A stretch of 64,000 bases of DNA from Christensenellaceae bacterium (GTDB lineage Bacteria > Bacillota > Clostridia > Christensenellales > Borkfalkiaceae). A program made the position numbers and the translations under genes. Below the pieces are notes generated by a model. It saw only the letters and a list, made by a program, of their open reading frames with translations. It did not search any database and was not told the origin of the DNA. This document shows positions 18,543 through 26,507 of the stretch, piece by piece. The stretch lies in the NCBI GenBank assembly GCA_045646405.1, contig JAZRKO010000001.1, positions 15,566 through 79,565 on the forward strand, written 5' to 3'. Numbering within the stretch: position 1 is the first letter of the stretch; each line of letters begins with the position of its first letter.

Positions 18543-18712
18543 TTTATTAAAACTCCGTTTCAAGATTGCATTTGCGGCACGCCGCAAATTTTGTTTAATT
18601 ATAACATATAAGATAAAAAAAATCAATCATTATGCTTTTAAATTAAAAATTTAAATTACCAAAAGTGTAGCACACTATACTTTGCAAGCAAAGTTGTGTG
18701 TTTTTACAAGGC

Positions 18713-18750
18713 AAAAAGAAAGGCTAACGAAAAATTTCGTTAGCCTTTTA
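18713..18750 (-). terminator. Rho-independent terminator of the SPFH-RHH operon
   Basis: aaggctaacgaaa / tttcgttagcctt hairpin followed on the minus strand by tcttttt. Confidence 0.7.
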
Positions 18751-18797
18751 TCCTGTCTAAAAAAATCCCTATGGGACACGCCGTTGGCGGAATTTTA

Positions 18798-18977
18798 TTA
18801 TTTATCGTCAAATGATTTAGGGGTGTATTTACCCGATTTTTCGCGTTCTTTAACGCAAAGAGTTAAAAGGTATTCGATTTGCCCGTTGAGTGAGCGAAAG
18901 TCGTTTTCAGCCCACGCGCTAAGTTTGTTAAAAAGTTCCTTAGAAACGCGTAACGGCACTTGCTTTTTTTCGTTCAT
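18798..18977 (-). CDS. Arc/MetJ-type ribbon-helix-helix DNA-binding protein (59 aa, not in the ORF track)
   Basis: Hand translation gives MNEKKQVPLRVSKELFNKLSAWAENDFRSLNGQIEYLLTLCVKEREKSGKYTPKSFDDK. The pattern is a beta-strand (VPLRVS) followed by two helices. The ATG lies 1 nt after the SPFH stop. Confidence 0.6.
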   Translation of the reverse strand: MNEKKQVPLRVSKELFNKLSAWAENDFRSLNGQIEYLLTLCVKEREKSGKYTPKSFDDK

Positions 18978-18978
18978 A

Positions 18979-19989
18979 TTAGTAAAGCGTTCCTGAGTTT
19001 ACTACGGGTTGCGCGTCGTGATTACCGCATAGAACTACGAGTAAATTCGATACCATCGCCGCTTTTCTTTCGTTGTCAAGTTTAATAAGGTCGTTTTGTT
19101 CTAAGCGTTCAAGCGCCATTTCAACCATGCCGACTGCACCGTCAACTATCATTTTTCTAGCGTCGATTATAGCGCTTGCTTGTTGGCGTTGAAGCATAAC
19201 CGCAGCGATTTCGGGCGCGTATGCAAGATAAGTAATTCTCGCCTCTACGATTTCGATACCAGCGTCGTCTACGCGCGCTTGAATTTCCTTTCTAATTCTT
19301 TCAACTACTTCTTCGCTCGAACCTCTTAAACTGCCTTCGTCCGCCTTACCGTCACCCGTGGTGTCAACGTTGGGTGCAACGTCGTAGGGGTAAATTTTTA
19401 CTATTTGACGAACTGCGCTATCGCATTGAAGTGATAAATATTCCTTGTAGTTATCTACGTTGAATACCGCCTTTGCAGTGTCAACAATCTTCCACATAAC
19501 CGCAATTCCTATCTCAACGGGGTTACCTAAACAGTCGTTAATTTTTTGGCGGTTGTTGTTAAGCGTCATAACCTTCAAACTAATTTTGTTGTTTGCAACC
19601 GTTATTTCTTGACTGCCCGCCGAATTCATAGCCATAACGGGGCTAGTTGAATTTACGTCACCACTCTGTTTAAGTTTCGTTTTTGCCGCGGGGTTGAAAG
19701 ACGTGCAGAACGGGTTTACGAAATAGAACCCGTCGCCTTTAATAGTGCCTACGTATTTACCAAATAAGGTAAGAACGAGCGCCTCTTGCGGTTTTAATAC
19801 TTTAAGACCTGGAAGAACGAAGAAAGTTGCAGTGAATACTAAAATGCAAACTATAAATAATGCGGGGCTACCGCCTGCATCCATCATTTCACCGCCTTTT
19901 ATAAGACCGAATACCGATAAAATCATTACGAGTATGGTTATAATCATAACTTGCATACCTATTTTTTTGCCTATAATTTTTTCTTGCAT
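18979..19989 (-). CDS. SPFH/Band-7 domain membrane protein
   Basis: Two N-terminal TM segments followed by an SPFH core (PQEALVLTLFGKYVGT...GFYFVNPF...) and the coiled region AAVMLQRQQASAIIDARKMIVDGAVGMV. Confidence 0.85.
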   Translation of the reverse strand: MQEKIIGKKIGMQVMIITILVMILSVFGLIKGGEMMDAGGSPALFIVCILVFTATFFVLPGLKVLKPQEALVLTLFGKYVGTIKGDGFYFVNPFCTSFNPAAKTKLKQSGDVNSTSPVMAMNSAGSQEITVANNKISLKVMTLNNNRQKINDCLGNPVEIGIAVMWKIVDTAKAVFNVDNYKEYLSLQCDSAVRQIVKIYPYDVAPNVDTTGDGKADEGSLRGSSEEVVERIRKEIQARVDDAGIEIVEARITYLAYAPEIAAVMLQRQQASAIIDARKMIVDGAVGMVEMALERLEQNDLIKLDNERKAAMVSNLLVVLCGNHDAQPVVNSGTLY

Positions 19990-20012
19990 AATAAATCTCC
20001 TTAGATTTTATT

Positions 20013-20031
20013 TGATATCAAAATGATATCA
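20013..20031. promoter_or_regulatory. Tandem palindromic octamers TGATATCA-aaa-TGATATCA (operator candidate)
   Basis: Seen directly 24-42 nt upstream of the SPFH start codon. The centre-to-centre spacing is 11 bp. Confidence 0.35.
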
Positions 20032-20062
20032 TATAGTATGCGCGTTGTCAAGTATTTGGTGC

Positions 20063-20090
20063 AAAAAAAATACGCCACGTGGCGTATTTT
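20063..20090. terminator. Rho-independent terminator
   Basis: aaaatacgccac-gtggcgtatttt palindromic hairpin flanked by A8 and T4. It overlaps the stop of the 155-aa gene. Confidence 0.7.
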
Positions 20091-20556
20091 ACTTTTTGTT
20101 TTCCTCAGTTTCTTGAATATAAGGGATTTTGGGGAAGTTTTTTCTAAGTTCGTCAACAAAATCTTCCTTCCACTCAGTTGACACTGCTATTACGAAATAA
20201 CTATCGTCATCAAAAATAAGTTCGAGTTTTTGGGTGTTAGTGATAAGTTTAATTTCCTTAACGCTAGATATATCAATTTTATTTTTTATAATTCCCCACT
20301 TCAAAATTACTTGTTTATCGGTAATTTGATAGTACGAACTTTTTATTGCGGTTACGATAAATACGATAAACGCGATAGAGAGTAGCACGGATAGTATAAG
20401 CGATACGTATTCGTAAAAACCTGGGACTATCTCTTTTGACGAAAGCCCTATAAACCTTATAGCGTTAATCGCTATGCAAGCAAGCGCGATAATGCTACCT
20501 AAAACTCCTATAATATAAAACGATTTTGTAAATTTGTACTTGTATTTTTTATCCAT
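20089..20556 (-). CDS. Membrane protein with bacterial PH-like (YdbS/YdbT-type) domain
   Basis: Two TM helices followed by YYQITDKQVILKWGIIKNKIDISSVKEI, which resembles the bPH_2 pattern. The call is weak. Confidence 0.5.
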   Translation of the reverse strand: MDKKYKYKFTKSFYIIGVLGSIIALACIAINAIRFIGLSSKEIVPGFYEYVSLILSVLLSIAFIVFIVTAIKSSYYQITDKQVILKWGIIKNKIDISSVKEIKLITNTQKLELIFDDDSYFVIAVSTEWKEDFVDELRKNFPKIPYIQETEENKK

Positions 20557-20630
20557 ATATATATTGTATCACAATTTTTACAAGTTTTCAAACAGTTGAC
20601 TAAATTTATTAAATTTTATATAGTTATTCT

Positions 20631-22178
20631 ATGAGTATTTTAGAAATTAGAAATTTAACCCACCGCTACGACGATAGGTATTTGTTTCAAAACGCGTCGG
20701 TTTCGGTAAACAACGGCGAACATTTAGGAATAGTTGGGCTTAACGGCGCTGGGAAGACTACTTTTATAAACATTATTGCAGGAAAGTTGTCGCAAGACGA
20801 CGGCGAAGTTCTACGCCAGCAGTCCGCGCGTTGGGGGTATTTAGACCAACACGCCGACATTGATAGAAGTTTAACGGTAATCGAGTATTTGCGTAGTGCC
20901 TTTACTTACCTTTACGAGTTAAACGAAAAACTTGAAAACATCTACCTTAAAATGGGCGAGATAACCGATGCAGACGAACTTGATAAACTCATAAACAAAT
21001 CTGCAAGGCTACAAGACCAACTTGACGATGCGGGCTTTTACGATTTAGATAGTAAAATCAAAAAAGTTGCAGGTGGTTTAGGAATAGGCGCAGTTGGGTA
21101 CGACACGCTAATTTCTAGGCTTTCAGGTGGCGAAAGAGCAAAACTTATGCTTTCAAAACTACTTCTTGAAGAAGTTGACGTTATGCTACTTGACGAGCCT
21201 ACCAACTTTTTAGATATCGAGCATATTGACTGGCTTAAAAAATACCTTAACGGATACAAGAAAACGTTTATGGTAATCTCGCACGACACCGATTTTTTAG
21301 ACGGGGTTTGCAAGTTCATCATCAACATTGAAAACGGAAATATAAAAAAATATTCGGGTAACTATTCAACCTTTACCGTTCAGCGCGAAATGAACGCTCG
21401 CCAATACGAAGAAGAATACAACCGTCAACAGTTAGAAATTAAAAAAATGCAAGATTATATCGACAAAAATAAGGCGCGCGCAGCGACGGCTGGTATGGCG
21501 AATTCTAGAAAGAAAATGCTTGATAGAATTGAAGTTATGCAAAAGCCTATGACCGTGCACGACGCGGTTTTTAACTTCCCTTCTCTCCCCTTAAACAGCA
21601 AAGATTTTTTAGTTGTTAAGGGGCTTGAAGTCGGCTATGATAAAACGCTTATTCCACCTATTGATTTACACCTTAAAAGCCAAGATAAACTTTGGATACG
21701 CGGTACTAACGGCGTTGGTAAAACTACGCTTATAAAAACTCTTCTTAGAAAAATTAGGGCGCTTGGCGGTTCGTTTTTGTTCCATATAGGCGCAAAGCCC
21801 GCGTATTTAGAACAAGAACTTGACTTTCAAAACACGAACGACAACGCTATGAGTTTTATAGCCGAAAGGTTTCCTAGGTTTAACTACAAACAGCAACGCG
21901 CGGAACTTGCCAAAGTGGGGCTTAAAGGCGACCTTGCTATAAAACCTATAAAAGATATGAGCGGTGGCGAACAAGTAAGGCTTAAACTTGCAGTACTTAA
22001 CAACACCCCGTCAAACGTACTTATATTAGACGAGCCGACCAACCACTTAGACGTTCGCGCCAAAGACGCTTTGAAAAAAGCACTTATCGAATATCAAGGC
22101 GCAATAATACTAGTTAGCCACGAACACGACTTCGCGGGCGAAATTTGTAATATTATATTCGACGCGAAAACGAGATAA
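20631..22178 (+). CDS. ABC-F family ATPase (two ABC domains, no TM domain)
   Basis: Two Walker A sites (GLNGAGKTT, GTNGVGKTT), two signature motifs (LSGGERAK, MSGGEQVR) and a short charged linker. Confidence 0.9.
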   Translation: MSILEIRNLTHRYDDRYLFQNASVSVNNGEHLGIVGLNGAGKTTFINIIAGKLSQDDGEVLRQQSARWGYLDQHADIDRSLTVIEYLRSAFTYLYELNEKLENIYLKMGEITDADELDKLINKSARLQDQLDDAGFYDLDSKIKKVAGGLGIGAVGYDTLISRLSGGERAKLMLSKLLLEEVDVMLLDEPTNFLDIEHIDWLKKYLNGYKKTFMVISHDTDFLDGVCKFIINIENGNIKKYSGNYSTFTVQREMNARQYEEEYNRQQLEIKKMQDYIDKNKARAATAGMANSRKKMLDRIEVMQKPMTVHDAVFNFPSLPLNSKDFLVVKGLEVGYDKTLIPPIDLHLKSQDKLWIRGTNGVGKTTLIKTLLRKIRALGGSFLFHIGAKPAYLEQELDFQNTNDNAMSFIAERFPRFNYKQQRAELAKVGLKGDLAIKPIKDMSGGEQVRLKLAVLNNTPSNVLILDEPTNHLDVRAKDALKKALIEYQGAIILVSHEHDFAGEICNIIFDAKTR

Positions 22179-22183
22179 ATAAA

Positions 22184-22211
22184 AAAGCACGATGCAGTTG
22201 CATCGTGCTTT
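22184..22211. terminator. Bidirectional terminator
   Basis: aaagcacgatgca-gt-tgcatcgtgcttt. Confidence 0.75.
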
Positions 22212-22225
22212 AAGTTTACACTTAA

Positions 22226-23713
22226 TTAAGCAACGGGAACGAAGAAGTACACTAAGAAGAGTACTGCAACGATAATCGTTACAAGGTGTAAATCCCAAAC
22301 AGGTTTTTCACCTTTCTTAAATACGTAGTATTTAATAACGTCAACAAGATAAATCAAGAGGTCAATTAAAACGTACGATAAGATACCAAAACCGATACCG
22401 TCAGTAATCGAGTATGCCAAAGGCATCATAGCGATAGTTAAGAAAGCAGGAACTGCATTTTTAATAGTATCAATTTTAATGTTAACGATACCTTTAAGCA
22501 TAAGAACGCCAACGTAGATAAGAGCCGAAGCCGCAGCAGCACCAGGGATAGATGCGAATAAAGGTAATAAGAAAATTGATAAGAAGAATAAGCAAGCAGT
22601 AACGAAAGCGGTAAGACCGGTTCTACCACCAGCAGCGATACCCGAACCAGATTCTACGAAAGTAGTAACGGTAGAAGTACCAAGTAAAGCACCCGTGCAA
22701 GTTGCAACAGAGTCAGATAACATAATCTTATTGTAGTTAAGCGGTTTGCCCTTTTCGTCGCAAAGACCAACGGGAACGCAACAACCAACTACGGTACCCA
22801 TAGTATCGAACATATCGATCATACAGAAAGTAATAATCGTCATAACGAGAGGCATAATCGAAGCGCCCTCAGCAAAGGTAAAGCCTTGGGTGAAAGTAGC
22901 GAAGAACGCACCGCCGTTAGCAGCGTCAAAACTGAAGAATTTTTCAAAATAAGTCCAGAATTCCCAAGTATAACCAGACCATTGAGTAACGCCGAGAGGG
23001 ATACCAACTATGGTTGCGATAATGATACCGATAATAACTGAACCTTTAACTTTGAAGTGTTCAAGTACTGCAATTGAAATTAAACCGATTAAGCAAACAA
23101 CTGCGCCTGCGGCAGCATAAACGTCACCATACACGTTGAATTTAGTAAGGTCAACAAGCGTGCCAGGGATATAAATGCTTGTACCAGGAATAACGAAACC
23201 AGCGTTAACGATGATACCTGCGTTTTGCATACCGATAAATGCAATAAATAAACCGATACCTACTGAAATTGCACCACGAACGCATTCGGGAATACCGTCG
23301 AATATAAGTTCACGAATTGCTACGCCTTTAATCTTTATAACTGAAAGAGCAAGGAATACAAGACCTGAAATTAAAACGAGTAACATTGCATTACCGTAAG
23401 ACATCGCAAATCCAAGCGAACCACCAAGTATTGCACCAACCGAATAGTTAAGACCCATACCAGATGCTTGTGCAAGTGGTAATTTAGCAAGGAAAGCCAT
23501 AAGTAAAGAGCCTATAACTGCACCAAGCGCGGTTGCTACGAAAATTGATGACCATTCCATAGCGGCAGCATTTTCGCTTAAAATAGCGTTGGGGTTAACA
23601 ACCAAAATGTAAGCCATTGCAAGGAAAGTAACTATACCTGCAACGATTTCCGTTCTGATGTTCGTTTTCTTTTCCGCAGCGTCAAAGCCAAGCGACTTCA
23701 AAAACTTGTTCAT
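22226..23713 (-). CDS. NCS2 family purine (adenine/guanine/hypoxanthine) permease, AzgA/PbuG-like
   Basis: The N-terminus FDAAEKKTNIRTEIVAGIVTFLAMAYILVVNP is characteristic of the family. The protein is polytopic. Confidence 0.88.
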   Translation of the reverse strand: MNKFLKSLGFDAAEKKTNIRTEIVAGIVTFLAMAYILVVNPNAILSENAAAMEWSSIFVATALGAVIGSLLMAFLAKLPLAQASGMGLNYSVGAILGGSLGFAMSYGNAMLLVLISGLVFLALSVIKIKGVAIRELIFDGIPECVRGAISVGIGLFIAFIGMQNAGIIVNAGFVIPGTSIYIPGTLVDLTKFNVYGDVYAAAGAVVCLIGLISIAVLEHFKVKGSVIIGIIIATIVGIPLGVTQWSGYTWEFWTYFEKFFSFDAANGGAFFATFTQGFTFAEGASIMPLVMTIITFCMIDMFDTMGTVVGCCVPVGLCDEKGKPLNYNKIMLSDSVATCTGALLGTSTVTTFVESGSGIAAGGRTGLTAFVTACLFFLSIFLLPLFASIPGAAAASALIYVGVLMLKGIVNIKIDTIKNAVPAFLTIAMMPLAYSITDGIGFGILSYVLIDLLIYLVDVIKYYVFKKGEKPVWDLHLVTIIVAVLFLVYFFVPVA

Positions 23714-23793
23714 TATAAAAAAACCTCCTATATGTGTAACAACACAAAATATACTTTTATTTTAGCACTTTAATCGACATCTTTCAACAATTT

Positions 23794-23813
23794 TTGTGAA
23801 AAAATTTTCACAA
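23794..23813. promoter_or_regulatory. Near-perfect 20-bp palindrome TTGTGAAAAAATTTTCACAA (operator candidate)
   Basis: Seen directly about 80-100 nt upstream of the permease start, as TGTGA-N8-TCACA. Confidence 0.3.
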
Positions 23814-23837
23814 TTTTACATTTTATTTTATAAAATG

Positions 23838-23865
23838 AAAAACGGTTGCAACTTGCAACCGTTTT
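23838..23865. terminator. Rho-independent terminator after ppx
   Basis: aaaaacggttgca-act-tgcaaccgttttt. Confidence 0.75.
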
Positions 23866-23868
23866 TGA

Positions 23869-25383
23869 TTATAAAATTTCTAAGTTCTTTTTGAAAATAC
23901 GCTTAAAGTCTGTTTGGGCGGAGAGCGCGTCTTTAATCTCTAAGGTAGCGTCGCTATTAAATTCCGTTTTCATAATAACGGAATCACCTAAAACGTCACA
24001 ATTTATAGTTTCTACGCTACTTGCCATACTTCTATCTAAACTTACGGCAATTCTAAGCATAATGCCTAGTTTTCTAATAATTTCAACGTCTTCTTCCGAA
24101 ATGAACTCTTTGTATTTTATGATGTCTGCAAGCGACAAATCGTCATTTTTATAACTTGCAACCACGAGTGCCGCCAAAACTATTTCGCGTTGGGTTATGC
24201 CGTAAAGCGACGAGTTGAGTATAATGTAACTAGTGTGCTTTTGATAGTCGTAATACTTAATTGAGTTGCCCGTGTTATATAGGTACGCGGCAACTTTTAA
24301 TATCTTTAAGCATTGACGGGGGAACTTATGTAGTACGCGCATTTGCTTGAAAAGTTGAACGGATAGGTTAACTACTTGTTCGCAATGCTTTTCGTTTCGC
24401 TTGTAGTACTTAACAAGCGTTTGTAAACTGTAAGTCAAAACGTCGGATATAGGCTTTTCCACCGTCATAGGAACGGCGTAGTTAAACATAATGCCTTCTC
24501 TAAGACCGCAAGCGGAAATATTCATACTGTCAAAATTCAAGTATTTAATGAACGCGTGCGCAACGGCAAAAGCAGACGGAAGAAGGTCAGCCCTTGCAGA
24601 CGATACGCCTTTAATGCGCTTTTTCTTATCGAGGTCAAGCGATTTAAGCATATCGTAAACGCCTTCAAACTCTTCCGTTTTAACGTTGTAGTTATGTATT
24701 AAAGGAAGTGGGCATTTTTTCTTCATCTTAACGATTTTGCAAAGGTTTCTAAACGAACCACCGCAACCTATAAGTTGAGTTTCGGGGTCGATTTCTTTAA
24801 GCCACTCTATGCCCTTTAATTGTTCAAATATAAACTCTTCAATCTTTTCGGCTTGTTCATCCGCGGTCAAACCGTCACTCGAAAACAAATCGGTAAGCGT
24901 TACAGCGCCGAAAGGAAGTGTTTCGTAATTTAATAAATTTCTGCGGTTATAGTAAATAACCTTGGTACTGCCACCACCGATTTCTAAAATTAAACCCTTT
25001 GATATATCCATGGTGTTAATTACGCCACGATAAACGTAGGTCGCCTCTTCTTCGGCAGAAAGTACTTTGAGTTTAATGCCCGTGTTTGCAACAATTTCGT
25101 CAAGGAAACTGCGTTGATTTTTTGCACGGCGAACAGCCGCCGTCGCAACCGAGATAATTCTTTCAATCTCGTACGCGTCGCACAGTTTTCTAAACATTTT
25201 AAGCGTTTTAATCGTTTCGGCTATGCGCTGGGGCTTTAAGAACCCGTCACGCTCCATGTCTTTACCTAAGCGAACGCTTTCTTTAAGTTGGTCGATAACC
25301 ATAAAGTGCCCGTCGCCAAGCATTTCGACGATAACGAGCCTTGCAGTATTCGAGCCTAAATCGATAATTCCTATTCTTTCCAC
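23869..25383 (-). CDS. ppx: Ppx/GppA family exopolyphosphatase
   Basis: IGIIDLGSNTARLVIVE and EIGGGSTKV are ASKHA phosphate motifs. The C-terminal domain is HD-like. Confidence 0.88.
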   Translation of the reverse strand: MERIGIIDLGSNTARLVIVEMLGDGHFMVIDQLKESVRLGKDMERDGFLKPQRIAETIKTLKMFRKLCDAYEIERIISVATAAVRRAKNQRSFLDEIVANTGIKLKVLSAEEEATYVYRGVINTMDISKGLILEIGGGSTKVIYYNRRNLLNYETLPFGAVTLTDLFSSDGLTADEQAEKIEEFIFEQLKGIEWLKEIDPETQLIGCGGSFRNLCKIVKMKKKCPLPLIHNYNVKTEEFEGVYDMLKSLDLDKKKRIKGVSSARADLLPSAFAVAHAFIKYLNFDSMNISACGLREGIMFNYAVPMTVEKPISDVLTYSLQTLVKYYKRNEKHCEQVVNLSVQLFKQMRVLHKFPRQCLKILKVAAYLYNTGNSIKYYDYQKHTSYIILNSSLYGITQREIVLAALVVASYKNDDLSLADIIKYKEFISEEDVEIIRKLGIMLRIAVSLDRSMASSVETINCDVLGDSVIMKTEFNSDATLEIKDALSAQTDFKRIFKKNLEIL

Positions 25384-25511
25384 TCTTTCTACCTCGTAGT
25401 TTTCTAGCCCTTAAAATCGAGCAAAAGTTTTAGTATTGATAATTATACACCAAAAAATCTAACATTTCAAGACCCATATTGAAAAAAATCTCATTTTATC
25501 GATAATTTTTT

Positions 25512-25895
25512 TTATTTTTTTCGGGCTTTTGCGTTTATCTTATCGGCAAAAAATTGAAGTATTGAAAGCGCGATTAAAAAACCGCCGAAAACCCTTTTTA
25601 GAACTTCAACGTTTATAGCCATACACAAAAAACTTCCGCCCACTGCAAATAGGCACGCGGGTATGATTACCAAGAGTAACCCTTGTTTTTTTATTAGCCC
25701 GTTTTTGAAATGTAGGTATAAAGCAACGCAAGCCATGGGTATAAAAGATATAAGGTTTATCGCCTGCGAAGACTTTTGATGTAGGCTTGTAAAAAGAGAT
25801 AAAAGCGGTATTAAAACCGTTCCACCACCCATGCCCATACCGCCTAGCGTTCCACCTGCTAAACCTATTAAAATATACTTGACTATATCTTTCAT
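25512..25895 (-). CDS. TauE/SafE-family anion exporter, half-size subunit
   Basis: 127 aa with 4 TM segments. It has the GGTLGGMGMGGGTVLIPLL Gly-rich first helix typical of TauE and its own GGGGGT RBS. Confidence 0.65.
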   Translation of the reverse strand: MKDIVKYILIGLAGGTLGGMGMGGGTVLIPLLSLFTSLHQKSSQAINLISFIPMACVALYLHFKNGLIKKQGLLLVIIPACLFAVGGSFLCMAINVEVLKRVFGGFLIALSILQFFADKINAKARKK

Positions 25896-25910
25896 ATGTA
25901 CCCCCGTTTT

Positions 25911-26279
25911 TTACGGGAAAAGCATCTTAATTCCCGCAATTAGCATAACCACGGCAAACGCTTTTACAAGCAGTTTATTGTCTATTTTTTTAAGTATTAA
26001 CGCGCCTATAATTCCGCCTACTACAACGCCTATCGTGGTATAAAGCGTTGGGCTAAATTCAATATTTGACGCCTTGCTAAAAAAGTACACCCCTGCGCTT
26101 ATTATGGATACGGGAAGTATTACCGCTATCGCCGTGGCGTGCGCCTTTTTTTGTTCTAAACCCATAAGTAGCGTCATCACGGGAACTACTATCATACCAC
26201 CGCCACCGCCGAAAAAACCGTTTATAAAACCCGTTATACTGCCGAAAATTACCGTTAAAACCTTTTGTTTTTTAGTCAT
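25911..26279 (-). CDS. TauE/SafE-family anion exporter, half-size subunit
   Basis: 122 aa with 4 TM segments and GFINGFFGGGGGMIVVPVM. It sits 15 nt upstream of the second half-size gene. Confidence 0.65.
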   Translation of the reverse strand: MTKKQKVLTVIFGSITGFINGFFGGGGGMIVVPVMTLLMGLEQKKAHATAIAVILPVSIISAGVYFFSKASNIEFSPTLYTTIGVVVGGIIGALILKKIDNKLLVKAFAVVMLIAGIKMLFP

Positions 26280-26404
26280 AGTGATAGTGTTTGCAAAAGA
26301 AAAAAATAAATTTTATTATCGCTAAAATTTTTAAGGTTTTGTGGTTTTTAAGGAAAAATACGCGAAAAATCTTTTTTAACCTTCAAAAAACTGCGCTTTA
26401 AGTA

Positions 26405-26433
26405 TTGATTTTTTATAAAAAATGTTTTATACT
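26405..26433 (+). promoter_or_regulatory. Sigma-70-type promoter
   Basis: TTGATT, a 17-nt spacer, then TATACT, upstream of the 997-aa surface protein gene. Confidence 0.4.
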
Positions 26434-26507
26434 AAGTTAGTATTATAATAAAATGCGGGCGTGCGCGCTCTAAATAAATTACGGCTAAAACAAAAACAAG
26501 GTGGCTT

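Noticed and set aside
18543-18626. 28-codon N-terminal extension (TTG start) of the methyltransferase ORF.
   Set aside because: m5C methyltransferases start just before motif I (FxGxG). An ATG with upstream context gives MKLKCASFFAGVGG, and the extension covers the putative promoter and the GC palindrome.
18682-18996. 104-aa plus-strand ORF listed in the track.
   Set aside because: It runs through the operon terminator hairpin and is antisense to a compact RHH-type ORF that is translationally coupled to the SPFH gene. The minus-strand reading explains the region better.
23714-23868. Possible purine riboswitch upstream of the NCS2 purine permease.
   Set aside because: I could not find the conserved purine-riboswitch junction and loop sequences on the minus strand. 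Only a protein-type palindrome is visible.
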